A stretch of DNA of 63,927 nt, the filler included, from Aduncisulcus paluster (taxonomy: Eukaryota), in the NCBI GenBank assembly GCA_024181965.1. It is 7 parts of 7 records of this genome, joined end to end, with 100 filler letters (N's around TTAATTAATTAA, not from the genome) between each part and the next. Parts side by side here need not be neighbours in the genome. Positions count along the whole stretch, not along the records: positions 39,871 to 57,070 come from BQXS01012574.1; positions 57,171 to 60,235 come from BQXS01012584.1; 5 more parts are not named here. One strand, written 5' to 3'. The notes below the pieces were generated by a model. It saw only the letters and a program-made list of their open reading frames with translations, was not told where the DNA came from and did no database searches. Shown here in pieces: positions 45,321-58,179 of the stretch. Position numbers and translations under genes: made by a program. The first letter of the stretch is position 1, and each line of letters starts with the position of its first letter.

Positions 45321-48300
45321 TCATATAATTTTGGCTTGAACAAGCTGTGAAACGTAGAAATTGATGCACTTTGCAACGAATTCATATTGCGCATCAGTTT
45401 GGACCATCCATGGAACTCTCTGAGCTCTCAAACGTTGCACAATCAAAGGCAACGGTTGTGGAAGGATATAAGCAGGAGATACACCAAGAACACATCGTTG
45501 AGAGAGATTGACGGCGGCACCTTTGGTCATTGCAGTGACGGAGGAAGAGAGAACATTCTTCCAGACAGATGCAGGGTAAGTGCTCGCAAACAGAGATGCC
45601 ACGGGTGGGAAATATGGATAAACACTGGTGGAATGGGAAGATTGGGATCCACCTTTTGAAAACTCTCCAGACCTATCAGAGCCAGAGCCACAAGAAAGAG
45701 ATTCTCCTCCTCTTTCAGAATATTTGCCGTCTCCAGCCGAAGCCATGCCATCTCCAGCCGAAGATCCCTTCCTCTTTCCAGCACTTCCATATGCCAGTTC
45801 AGACAAAGGTCCAAGCGTTGACCATACGTCACAGATTGCATCGACTTGTTGAATCAGCGAGCAAGCAGAAATAAATGTTCCACTCCTTCCGACACCTGCG
45901 TTACAATGTACGAGAATAGGGGTGTCGTACTCAACGAGGGAAGAAAAGGACAAGAATCTCGGCGAAGAGAAGATGAAATGCGGTGGAGGCACCAAAGAGG
46001 GAGAGAGTTTCTTGGGGATGAAAGAGCTTGAGTAGAGCTGAGAGATACAGGTCACAGATTGTTCACCCTCGGTTCCATACACACAATCTGAGAAAATGGC
46101 TTCTTTCAGTGCACTTGGAAACATTTTGGAGAATTGACTAATAAAACTCAAGGCAGATGCTTGTTTCTTTTTCTTGGCACTCATAATACTATCTTCGCCC
46201 TTCTGTGAGGATCGCTGTGGGTTGCTGCTCGCTTCTCTTGGAGGCAATGGAATGTGCATGAGTGAAAACCCCGTACTCTTTTCCTTTCGAAGACGGAGGT
46301 ATAGAGGTAAAGAAGCCAGTGGTCGTGAGGGTGGACATGCAGACACACCAATCGTAGGGACAGAACAGCACTCGTCACACCCACATGCATGCAGGGACGA
46401 AGAGGTATGTTCATCGTCATATTTGTATCCACTCGACGAATGACCGGGGGACTCTTTCATCTCATCTTTCTCAAACTGTTCTATTCTTAGATCAAGGGAT
46501 AAAGGAGGGAGGGCTCTCATATGATCGAGAGGGAGTGTAGGGAGACATGCGTATCCAACAGGCGTGCAAGGTGATGCACATCCGAGCTGTGTTGTAGAAC
46601 CTGTGGTTGTGGACAACAGACGAGGGCCACCAGTTTTATCTGTAGAAGATGATATCCCAGACACATCTTGTTGTTCCTGATGATGTTGTTCAGACCTTTT
46701 ATCGCTATCACCGGTGCTCTTCTCTCGAATGGATGTTCTTGGAGGTATCATCGAAGGTGTGACTGCACTCCTTGTGTGTAGATCATCAGAGGAAGAAGAA
46801 GAGGAAGAGGAAGAAGAAGAGGAAGAGGAAGAAGAAGAGGAAGAGGAAGAGGAAGAAGAAGATAAGACAGATGAATGGGATGGTGTAGTATCAGAGGTAC
46901 AGGTGTCAGAAGTCAGGGAGGAAGTGACAGAGGGAACTGAGGGAACTGCCACATCAGAGTGGAGCTGTGTGGGAACAGAAGGAGAGCTATGAAAGTCAAT
47001 ACTGTATGCAGAGCCATGCAACTGAGGTTGGAAGTGGATTGTACTTTTAGAGGACTTTCCTAGAGGGAGGATAAACACAGGGGACTTGGGCCACGACAAG
47101 GATTTACCTGATTGAGCTATTGAAGCGTTGTAAGCAGCTGAAGAAGAAGAGGAGGAAGAGGAGGAATGTGGACTGTCATCCGTGGATGGAGAGGAAGAGA
47201 GAGAATCGGGGGAAGCTAAGGGAATGGTGGAGGAAGAGGAGGAAGAAGAAGAGGAGGAAGAATGGATGGTCGATGAACTATATTGTATGTTTCGTTTTTC
47301 CATTTGTTCAACGTACTTACGTCGAGCAACTTGGGCAGGATCATTACGGGCAATAGCATGTAGTTTTCGGACAACATATATGGTATCCAACATTGGTTCA
47401 ATCTGTGGTTGTGGACAACAGACGAGGGCCACCAGTTTTATCTGTAGAAGATGATATCCCAGACACATCTTGTTGTTCCTGATGATGTTGTTCAGACCTT
47501 TTATCGCGTAGATCATCAGAGGAAGAAGAAGAGGAAGAGGAAGAAGAAGAGGAAGAGGAAGAAGAAGAGGAAGAGGAAGAGGAAGAAGAAGATAAGACAG
47601 ATGAATGGGATGGTGTAGTATCAGAGGTACAGGTGTCAGAAGTCAGGGAGGAAGTGACAGAGCCAAGCTATTGAAGCGTTGTAAGCAGCTGAAGAAGAAG
47701 AGGAGGAAGAGGAGGAATGTGGACTGTCATCCGTGGATGGAGAGGAAGAGAGAGAATCGGGGGAAGCTAAGGGAATGGTGGAGGAAGAGGACGACAAGGA
47801 TTTACCTGATTGAGCTATTGAAGCGTTGTAAGCAGCTGAAGAAGAAGAGGAGGAAGAGGAGGAATGTGGACTGTCATCCGTGGATGGAGAGGAAGAGGAG
47901 AACACAGGGGACTTGGGCCACGACAAGGATTTACCTGATTGAGCTATTGAAGCGTTGTAAGCAGCTGAAGAAGAAGAGGAGGAAGAGGAGGAATGTGGAC
48001 TGTCATCCGTGGATGGAGAGGAAGAGAGAGAATCGGGGGAAGCTAAGGGAAAGGAAGAGATGGAGCTGTGTGGGAACAGAAGGAGAGCTATGAAAGTCAA
48101 TACTGTATGCAGAGCCATGCAACTGAGGTTGGAAGTGGATTGTACTTTTAGAGGACTTTCCTAGAGGGAGGATAAACACAGGGGACTTGGGCCACGACAA
48201 GGATTTACAGAGTGGAGCTGTGTGGGAACAGAAGGAGAGCTATGAAAGTCAATACTGTATGCAGAGCCATGCAACTGAGGTTGGAAGTGGATTGTACTTT

Positions 48301-51300
48301 TAGAGGACTTTCCTAGAGGGAGGATAAACACAGGGGACTTGGGCCACGACAAGGATTTACCTGATTGAGCTATTGAAGCGTTGTAAGCAGCTGAAGAAGA
48401 AGAGGAGGAAGAGGAGGAATGTGGACTGTCATCCGTGGATGGAGAGGAAGAGAGAGAATCGGGGGAAGCTAAGGGAATGGTGGAGGAAGAGGAGGAAGAA
48501 CCTGATTGAGCTATTGAAGCGTTGTAAGCAGCTGAAGAAGAAGAGGAGGAAGAGGAGGAATGTGGACTGTCATCCGTGGATGGAGAGGAAGAGAGAGAAT
48601 CGGGGGAAGCTAAGGGAATGGTGGAGGAAGAGGAGGAAGAAGAAGAGGAGGGGGATGGTGTAGTATCAGAGGTACAGGTGTCAGAAGTCAGGGAGGAAGT
48701 GACAGAGGGAACTGAGGGAACTGCCACATCAGAGTGGAGCTGTGTGGGAACAGAAGGAGAGCTATGAAAGTCAATACTGTATGCAGAGCCATGCAACTGA
48801 GGTTGGAAGTGGATTGTACTTTTAGAGGACTTTCCTAGAGGGAGGATAAACACAGGGGACTTGGGCCACGACAAGGATTTACCTGATTGAGAGAGGAGAA
48901 GAAGGGAAGAAGAAGATAAGACAGATGAATGGGATGGTGTAGTATCAGAGGTACAGGTGTCAGAAGTCAGGGAGGAAGTGACAGAGGGAACTAATACATG
49001 CAACTGAGGTTGGAAGTGGATTGTACTTTTAGAGGACTTTCCTAGAGGGAGGATAAACACAGGGGACTTGGGCCACGACAAGGATTTACCTGAAGAAGAG
49101 AGGAAGAGGAAGAAGAAGAGGAAGAGGAAGAAGAAGAGGAAGAGGAAGAGGAAGAAGAAGATAAGACAGATGAATGGGATGGTGTAGTATCAGAGGTACA
49201 GGTGTCAGAAGTCAGGGAGGAAGTGACAGAGGGAACTGAGGGAACTGCCACATCAGAGTGGAGCTGTGTGGGAACAGAAGGAGAGCTATGAAAGTCAATA
49301 CTGTATGCAGAGCCATGCAACTGAGGTTGGAAGTGGATTGTACTTTTAGAGGACTTTCCTAGAGGGAGGATAAACACAGGGGACTTGGGCCACGACAAGG
49401 ATTTACCTGATTGAGCTATTGAAGCGTTGTAAGCAGCTGAAGAAGAAGAGAAGAGGAAGAGGAAGAAGAAGAGGAAGAGGAAGAGGAAGAAGAAGATAAG
49501 ACAGATGAATGGGATGGTGTAGTATCAGAGGTACAGGTGTCAGAAGTCAGGGAGGAAGTGACAGAGGGAACTGAGGGAACTGCCACATCAGAGTGGAGCT
49601 GTGTGGGAACAGAAGGAGAGCTATGAAAGTCAATACTGTATGCAGAGCCATGCAACTGAGGTTGGAAGTGGATTGTACTTTTAGAGGACTTTCCTAGAGG
49701 GAGGATAAACACAGGGGACTTGGGCCACGACAAGGATTTACCTGATTGAGCTATTGAAGCGTTGTAAGCAGCTGAAGAAGAAGAGGAGGAAGAGGAGGAA
49801 TGTGGACTGTCATCCGTGGATGGAGAGGAAGAGAGAGAATCGGGGGAAGCTAAGGGAATGGTGGAGGAAGAGGAGGAAGAAGAAGAGGAGGAAGAATGGA
49901 TGGTCGATGAACTATATTGTATGTTTCGTTTTTCCATTTGTTCAACGTACTTACGTCGAGCAACTTGGGCAGGATCATTACGGGCAATAGCATGTAGTTT
50001 TCGGACAACATATATGGTATCCAACATTGGTTCAATCTTGGTAGGAACGCCATAATCAGGCCAACTGAGAAAGTGAACTAAAAATAGACGTCTGAATTCG
50101 TATTTATAGAGCAGAACTTGAGAGGAATGATCGACAGTATCGAGTTTGGGGATACCGAGTGATATAGCGTGCCCAGATGAGTCCTCAGTCGGGATTGTAG
50201 TTGATTCCTCTTCTAAATCGTCCGAACAAGCTTTGTTTTTCTTGGAAAGCTTGGCTAAGGATCGGAGGTTGGCCTCTGTTCGTTTATCGAAGACAGCTCT
50301 ATTTGAAGACTTTGTATTTGAAATGAGGGTCTGAAAAGAAGAGATGGCGTGTTTATGAGAACATATTTTGGCCAGAGGAAGAGTCGAATATAAGAAAACT
50401 CCAGTTCGATCGCTTTTTTTCTCATCGTCTCGGATAGGGGGGTCTATTGTGCATAAATCACCTTCTTTGTCGCCAAAAATAATATTTTTCTTATTAATAT
50501 ATACCTTATCAACTTGTCTAATTAATCTAAGCTCATAAACTTTCTTTGAGGAGGACTTTTGAAGTGTTTTTACGTTTACAATTCCAATAGGTCCACGACT
50601 AATACGTTTTTGAATGATAAAACCATAATCTGGCCAATATTGATCTTGTTTTTGCAGGGTGGTCAACGCACTTACAACAGAAATGGCTTCACTCCATATC
50701 ATGGAATAAAACCTAGCTCGAGCTTCATCTGTATGTGGTAGTTGTGCAANNNNNNNNNNNNNNNNNNNNAGGGGGGTCTATTGTGCATAAATCACCTTCT
50801 TTGTCGCCAAAAATAATATTTTTCTTATTAATATATACCTTATCAACTTGTCTAATTAATCTAAGCTCATAAACTTTCTTTGAGGAGGACTTTTGAAGTG
50901 TTTTTACGTTTACAATTCCAATAGGTCCACGACTAATACGTTTTTGAATGATAAAACCATAATCTGGCCAATATTGATCTTGTTTTTGCAGGGTGGTCAA
51001 CGCACTTACAACAGAAATGGCTTCACTCCATATCATGGAATAAAACCTAGCTCGAGCTTCATCTGTATGTGGTAGTTGTGCAGATATGAAATGGGATAAT
51101 GCAGTATTTAAAGGATAAATATGATTTGCATTGATATAATCCCCTAATCTTCCACCTTGGTCAGGAATGATTACTCTTGAAGTGCTACGTGGGGCAATGT
51201 CTTCATATCTATCAAGAAGAGGTCCACCATTAATAAGAGGGGGCAATAATGCTTCTGTTTTCTGTGAATAATACTCTAGAAGCTGAAATTCCAAATTCAT
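45321..51300 (-). CDS. Classical protein tyrosine phosphatase with large Ser-rich insertion; middle disturbed by scrambled duplicated sequence; may have an upstream exon
   Basis: RYEDIAP..SRVII, DYINANHI, FISAQLP, QYWP, WPDYGVP (ORFs at 49416-51300); VHCNAGVGRSGTFI and LRAQRVPWMVQTDAQYEF (45321-47516). Joining ~50038 to ~47403 gives one continuous frame. Confidence 0.88.
47404..49450. repeat. Mosaic of shuffled near-identical blocks copied from PTP segment ~46600-47260
   Basis: Blocks encoding SWPKSPVFILPLG, PLASPDSLSSSP and DVAVPSVPSVTSS recur in varying order, joined at GAG/GAA runs or short homologies. Confidence 0.85.
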
Positions 51301-51864
51301 TGTCTCAATCAGGAACTATAAATACAAAATAAGGTAGAAAGCAACAAGAAACAAATAAAAACCCAAAATATAGTTTAGAATAATGGTAGTGAAACTAGTG
51401 CTAATGTATTAACAGCAAAAATAGAGGATTTCTATTTGAGGCTTGTCTTATTGGGTTATTCAAAGATTTTGATATTTGAGATCTTTTATATTTGGTTTAA
51501 ATAAGATTATATTCATTTTACTCACTCAATTCTTTGTAGAACTCAAGATTCAAAAATCTTCAGAATGAGACATATAGAAAAAGATCTAGTTGTGTTTTAG
51601 TAATTGTCTATATGTATCTATCATTTTCTGATGATTCAAAATTATTCATGTGTTAGATTTCCCTGGGTGCCAAACGATAAGCTATATCATTTTTTTGAAA
51701 AGGATTTGAATGAATTATAGAACTTTACCGATTTCATGTGTATAATAATGACATATTTCTAATTCTATGGACACATGGAAAATGATTGACTGATTTGCCA
51801 ACACCAGGGGTCATTATATTCCTAAATTGCATTTTTATCTACATTTTGCATCCTAATTTAATTG

Positions 51865-53385
51865 ATGTCTCCTTCTTCTGTTGTAGAATATAAAGATTTG
51901 CAGGAGCCCACAAGGAATTGGATTGCCTTCTTCTTGTTTGGTCTTATAAATAACTTCGCTTATTCATTGATGCTTTCAGCCGCAAAGGATCTGATTGGTG
52001 ATGCTGCTCCTGTTGGTGTTGTTTTGTGTGCTGATGTTCTCCCCACATTCCTTGTTAAGCTTTTCCTTCCTCCTTACCTGCATTTCATAAGTTATAATTT
52101 CAGAATAATATTTAATGTTGTTATCACTCTCATTGGATTTCAGGTCTGTGCTTGGTGTGATTCTGTAGCCATGCGTTTGTTTGGTGTTGTTCTTTGTTCC
52201 ACCACCTCCGGCTTTGGAGAGATCAGTTTCCTCGCTATGACTGCATTGATGACCCGTAAAACTACCACAGGTTGGAGCAGCGGGACAGGTGGTGCCGGAG
52301 TGGCTGCTAGTGGACTTTGGTACCTTATTCGGACTGTGTGTGATGTTAGTGCCAGGAATGCCATGCTCAGTGTCTCATGGGTTCCCTTGGGATTCATATT
52401 TACGTATTATTTCCTCCTTGAGAAGCCCCCACAACTCGTTGAAGAGATCGAAAGAGCTAGCGTTGCAAGCAAGAGACTCATGAGGAAAATATTCCTTTGT
52501 GAGGATGATTCGACGATTGATGAGGCTGAGGTGGAGAAGAAATCACTTCTCGGTGATCTAGAAGCCGATTCAAAGCCATCCCAGCCCGATGGTGCCATGA
52601 TGGTTGATTCTGATGGAGCAGTATCTTCTTCCTCCTCCTCTCCGTCTTCCTCTGAGGGCATTCCTACTTGCAATGCAGAGAGTGAGGTTGTGGCTAAGGA
52701 TGTGTCCGATGTTATTGTGGATGTGAAGGAAGCTGTTGGAAGGAAATTAGAGGAGAGAGTCATGCATAATCCAAAGTTCAGAGTGCTACCAATCCCTGAA
52801 TCTCTTGAGGATATTTTTGCTCAATATGAATCCACAGATATTGACCCCAAGGAGTTTCTGAAGCTTTTATCTCTTAAACAACGTGTATCATTGATCACCT
52901 CTCTTCTGAGATATATGGTCCCTCTGATGCTTGTTTACTTCTCTGAGTACACCATAAACAGTGGTGTCACCCCATGTTTGTGGTACTGGCCTGACATCAT
53001 GAGTGCAAAGGATGCATACACTCTGTACCAATTTCTGTATCAGTGTGGAGTTCTTGTGTCTCGTTCTGGCACTGCTTGTTGGGAGATGAGTAGTTTCTGG
53101 TTATTCTTACCATCCATTTTGCAGGCCGTGAACCTTATCTTCTTGATATTCGTGTCTGTCTATCATTTCATTCCCACTTATGTTATTTTATTCATCATTG
53201 TTTTCTATGAAGGGCTTCTTGGAGGGCATGTATATGCTCAAGCTTTCAATGCTATCAGTGTGGAGAGTCATCCTCTTGTCAAGGAATATGGAATGGGTGC
53301 TGCCAGTGTTGGTAATTCATTTGGCATCCTTGTGTCTTCTGTCGTAAGTAGTTTCTTGGAGACCTGGTTGGACAATTATCAATAA
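51865..53385 (+). CDS. CLN3: Battenin / CLN3 (Btn1) lysosomal membrane protein
   Basis: AFFLFGLINNFAYSLMLSAAKDL, VLCADVLP, GFGEISFL, WSSGTGGAG, LVYFSEYTINSG, YQCGVLVSRS, YEGLLGG. Confidence 0.96.
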   Translation: MSPSSVVEYKDLQEPTRNWIAFFLFGLINNFAYSLMLSAAKDLIGDAAPVGVVLCADVLPTFLVKLFLPPYLHFISYNFRIIFNVVITLIGFQVCAWCDSVAMRLFGVVLCSTTSGFGEISFLAMTALMTRKTTTGWSSGTGGAGVAASGLWYLIRTVCDVSARNAMLSVSWVPLGFIFTYYFLLEKPPQLVEEIERASVASKRLMRKIFLCEDDSTIDEAEVEKKSLLGDLEADSKPSQPDGAMMVDSDGAVSSSSSSPSSSEGIPTCNAESEVVAKDVSDVIVDVKEAVGRKLEERVMHNPKFRVLPIPESLEDIFAQYESTDIDPKEFLKLLSLKQRVSLITSLLRYMVPLMLVYFSEYTINSGVTPCLWYWPDIMSAKDAYTLYQFLYQCGVLVSRSGTACWEMSSFWLFLPSILQAVNLIFLIFVSVYHFIPTYVILFIIVFYEGLLGGHVYAQAFNAISVESHPLVKEYGMGAASVGNSFGILVSSVVSSFLETWLDNYQ

Positions 53386-53733
53386 TAATAATAATCATAA
53401 TAACATCTCAAGAAAACCCTTTGGAAAACAAAATTAGATTTATTGTAAAATATTTTAAATTTAAATATTAAATATTGAATATTATTAGATCGCCAACAAA
53501 TTGACATGTTTCCTCATCTTCCAGGCAGACAACTCTGATAAATACTCATCTCCGTTCAAACAAACATGTGAAATGCATGAAAATTTCTCCTTCAATTAAC
53601 AATTAGTTTGTCTAAATTCTCTCTCTTTCTCTTTCATTCATGTCATTTGTTTCAAAATTACTTTCAATCATCACTCATAAATAAACATTCACTGATATCA
53701 AAAACATTATTATTACTAAGATTTAAGAGGGAA

Positions 53734-56700
53734 TTACAATATTGAAACATCGTAGGATCTCCCAATCTCCATAATAACATCAGTTTTAATACCCAAAATT
53801 TCAGAAATTTCAAAAAGTAAATCGTGTTGTCCAATCTTCAACTGTTTTTGGAGAGGCTTTTTCTCTTCAGATTTCTCCTTATTCAAGATATCCATACCGT
53901 TTCTCACACCGATATCAGCATAGTACATGAAAGCACAACAGCATGAAGCAAACTCCTCAACATCATCCTTATAACCGGCTTCAACCAGTTTGTTCCGGTT
54001 TCCTTCGGTTAAAAATGCTTTGATCAACACTTTTGGTCCCACATTCACAGACGTCAACAGAGCTCCCTGTAGGGCATGCTGAATTGTATCAATTTCAGAG
54101 ATCATAGCTACATTCTTGCAACGACTGACCTGAGTTCTGATATCCTCAATGGCTGTTTTAAGAGGGTTGAGAAGCTGTTCATACCTTCTAATGACTCTTT
54201 GCTGAGGTAGAGTGTAAGGGAAAGGATGTGCAACCTCATAAATGCACAGAACTGACCAATTTCGATGGACATCATTGGCAACACCTTCAAGTCCATCAAT
54301 CCAGTCCTTGGCAAGGGCCCGTTTACACATGAAATAACCAACACCGACGCTCTTCAAGAAACGAGAGGTTCGAGGGTTCACAATCTTGCTTTCCATATTA
54401 TCATAAAAGGCACTTCTTTGAGCNNNNNNNNNNNNNNNNNNNNAAAGGATGTGCAACCTCATAAATGCACAGAACTGACCAATTTCGATGGACATCATTG
54501 GCAACACCTTCAAGTCCATCAATCCAGTCCTTGGCAAGGGCCCGTTTACACATGAAATAACGAACACCGACGCTCTTCAAGAAACGAGAGGTTCGAGGGT
54601 TCACAATCTTGCTTTCCATATTATCATAAAAGGCACTTCTTTGAGCATCTTTATGATCATGGAACTCCTGATGTGATGGTTTGGATCCAAGAATAGAAGA
54701 ATTATCCTTCTTGGGATCAACACGCTTAACTTCGGATGTAGTTTGCTCACGAACACCTTCTTCAAGAGCTTCAGCAAGGTGATTAGATGAGAGAGGGGCG
54801 AATAATGGAACAGGCTTGGCTGTCTCTAACGAATGGAAAGGGGGGTAGAGAGGATCGACAGATGAAAGCTGGATTGTTACCTTATTCGGATCAATGTCAG
54901 CCACACTGATATGCGCACTTTTGAGGATGAAATTGACTCTTCCACGACGCTCACCCCACTTCTTGAGTTTTTCCCTCATGACAGAAATGATAACGTTCTC
55001 GCGAATGATAAACTCTCCAACACTGAACTCATCCAGATCACTACCATACACAACGACGTGATAGAACATAATTTTGGGAGCTTTCAAGGAGACTCCCATT
55101 TTCTTGAAACGAAGTGTTTGTTGGATCCTCTCGTATTTCTTTTGGGCCCACTCTTTCGTTTTCTTGGTAAGTTTCAATCTCTCAGTTGCAATCATGGCAC
55201 TTTCACAGACAAGAACACACAGCTCTGGGAACTTGGCCTTTGCGAATGCAGCATCAGCACTGATCAAGGCATTGAATAACTCATGGTGATTGAACACATC
55301 TGTCTTCCCAATGGAGAACGACTGGGAGTTCAGACCTCCAGTCACAAAGGAAGGGGTGCGTTTATGTGTCTTTCTCATATCTCTGATCGTAGACACAGAG
55401 GGCGTTAGACTGCTGGATGTACACACAAAACGAGGAACATGGGTCTTCTTGTTCGAATTCACCAATAGATTCTTAGCAGAGGCGTGGGGGCATTGCTTTG
55501 TCAGAGAGTACAATATACGCTGCAGAGAGGGCAACAAAGCATGCGAGAGAGTGAACTTTCCTGGGTCTCTCTTGGAGGGAGTAGACGAAGAAGATCTCTT
55601 CACTTCGGACGAGGAATTATCAAATGAGAAACTCTGGGAAGCAGAAATAGATCCTGCAGACGCATGTTTGGAGTGCTGAGTCGTGTCTCCTTCTCCATCG
55701 TTATCGACAGATCTAATCCCAATTCTCTCATATATGACATCTTCCACAGTCTTGTCAACAACTATAAACTCTGATATAAGACTGGCTATTGATATTTTCA
55801 CCATGCCAAGTTCCCCAAAATGCTCAACTTCTTCGTACGCGACGGCAAGGTTATTCAGCCACGTGAAACGTAAAACTGGAACATTCGAGAAAGCGTCTGC
55901 CATAGATTGCCGCAAAAGTAGCATAGTGTCTGCTTCGTAGGAGCACAGGATGTTCTGTTCACTGGTCAAGCCCCCAGTCATCTTTAACACAGCTTTCATG
56001 ATAGTTTGCAGACGCTTGTCGAATAAAGTACGAATAGATTCACAAAAGGCTTCAGAATCGGTGTCAAAAGTGGCCATACGTTGTCTAAGGTTCTGAACGT
56101 GCGCCATGGACGCCTGTAGATTCCTTACTTTGTTGATGTCAAGGCATATCTGAGATATACAACGACTTACGCTGACAGTGACATCCATGGCTGTCCGAGT
56201 GAATGCATCATTGACCCCACAGAAACTCTCAGTGAAGAACGCACACCGCAGGAGGAAGAACAACACAGATGTAGCATTGAGACGAATGCATGGGATGCTA
56301 TTGGTGCACAAAGAGGTGAGTTCTTGGATGATCTTGGCACTTGTGGAGTGATATTTTCCGAATAACAACTTGTGTGTGTGTGTGAACAGCTCCACACACA
56401 CCTGGAGGACACGAAGAGTGGCACGAAGGGGGAATTTGATAGACAAAAGTGTATGAAGTGTTATAAATATCTTGTCTGAGAATTTAGATATCTGGCGACT
56501 CTTTAGCTGACTCATTCTGACTGCACACAGCATTCGAAGAAGACGAACAACAATGATACATACCTCCTGTGAGAACAACTTTCTTTTCCAAACGACAAAG
56601 TACATTCCAACTCCTTCGTCTTCTTTAGAACCACCAATGAACAATGAGTCAGACTTTATGCGTTTTCTCTCGTGGGAACTATTGGAATGAACAGTTTTCA

Positions 56701-57070
56701 ATGTCTTGACGAGTTCCTTTGATACTACTTTCCTTGAGAAGACCTTTTGAGCCTTCTGAAGACCACTAATTCCACACACAACACATACGCATGGGAGGAC
56801 ATCAAGTAATCCATATAACATCACTTCACTACTGCAGATAATGTCCACGTCAACATTGTCTGCAAAGCGAACTATCCATACGCATATGTAGAGCAACATT
56901 CGGCACTGTTCTTCAACTTCATTGCGTACTTGAACCCAGTCTTTCACTTTCTCTTTCTCTGTTAACTCGGCCAATTCAGGATATTTCTCGGCATTGGGTA
57001 TTGTGTTCTTCTCTTTTGATGATCTGAGAGAATCGCCTGATCCATCACGACGCTCTTCTTCTTCCTCTTC
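53734..57070 (-). CDS. DOCK-family Rho GEF, DHR-2-containing C-terminal part (5'-partial)
   Basis: LRFTWLNNLAVAYEEVEHFGELGM, HPFPY, LNPLKTAIEDI, LQGALLTSVNVGP; split by duplicated-flank gap 54424-54443. Confidence 0.88.
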
Positions 57071-57170
57071 NNNNNNNNNNNNNNNNNNNNNNNNNNNNNN
57101 NNNNNNNNNNNNNNTTAATTAATTAANNNNNNNNNNNNNNNNNNNNNNNNNNNNNNNNNNNNNNNNNNNN

Positions 57171-57410
57171 GTCTGTAGCCGGTATATGCTACTATAAACG
57201 GGTCAAAGAGTGTTGTTTGCTTAAATAATAGTTGTTTGTTACGCCAAGAGAATGATCACGAAGAGGAGAACAGGGTTTCGGCCATGAGATGCCCTCTTCA
57301 AGTGAGAGGAGGATGTGGTGACCATTCTCAGGGACATTCTAAAAATAGATTGGTTCGCTCGAGATCTGTTTATTAATAAATTGGACCGCATTATAGTTAG
57401 TTTGGCCACA
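57171..57410 (+). mobile_element. Putative 3' end of an LTR retroelement: PPT 57304-57313 plus 97-bp LTR 57314-57410
   Basis: GAGAGGAGGA directly followed by TGTGG...CCACA inverted termini with internal AATAAA (57375-57380); the gag frame ends a few codons past this junction. Confidence 0.55.
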
Positions 57411-58051
57411 CTTTTACACTCTGTGGCTTGTCAGATCTCTTCGTGTACTTACATTCGTAAGCCTTATGTCCAACTCTTCCACACTTAAAACATCTTATCT
57501 CCTTAGATGCTCCCGCAGATGCGTGTCTCTTGAAACGATCAGTCCCAGTCTTTCTGAAGCTCTCCTGAGGTTGAAAACGTCTTTTACCTTCAGATTCTCG
57601 AAGCACAATTCCGAAATCCTTCGAATGGTGAAGAACTTCGTCTCTCATGGCTAACATCTCTTTCATTTCCTCAAACGATTTCTTCATAGCAAAATCCAAG
57701 TCCTTCTTTCTTTCAGCTGTGTCTACCTCACTGGAAACTCGGTCACTCAGTCGAGGACGAGCCAAATTCTTAATAAAGATTTCCACAACCTTCTCTTCAT
57801 CCCCAAAGTCTTCATGAGATGCTACTGCTTCCTTAAAGCGTGCTACATAGAGCACCAACCTGTGCAAACTCATTCCCTTCAAAGTAATCCCATTTAAGAT
57901 GTCGTAGTACGCTTGCGTTGACGGAGCACCGAATTGAGTGTCCACCAACTGGGATAGTTCTTCCAACGGTGTCTCAGTGGATCCTCCCGTGATCAAGTAG
58001 ATGGATTCCAGTAAAAACGGTTCGACCAGTGTGGCGTTTGAGAAACGAACC
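57411..58051 (-). pseudogene. gag: Retrotransposon gag fragment with CCHC zinc knuckle
   Basis: YVARF...FIKNL capsid-like segment and CFKCGRVGHKAYEC; open frame begins without ATG at the LTR boundary. Confidence 0.88.
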
Positions 58052-58179
58052 TGTTACAATTTATTAGAAAGTAGAATAAAGTCAATGTATGTCCTAAAAA
58101 TAGAACATGAGAATCTATTAAACCATATGGAAATTAGGAACAAAAATATCAAATAATATTATATACTACGTATATAACA
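58052..58179 (-). repeat. 128-bp 3' LTR, preceded by PPT 58180-58194
   Basis: Minus strand AAAGGAAGGGCAGGA|TGTTATA...AATAAA..TGTAACA; inverted termini and poly(A) signal. Confidence 0.75.

Noticed and set aside
57260..57335. Hammerhead-like UUGAAGA...GAAAC with upstream GUC on the minus strand
   Set aside because: Core deviates from CUGANGA and stem I cannot form; the region is better explained as PPT plus LTR on the plus strand
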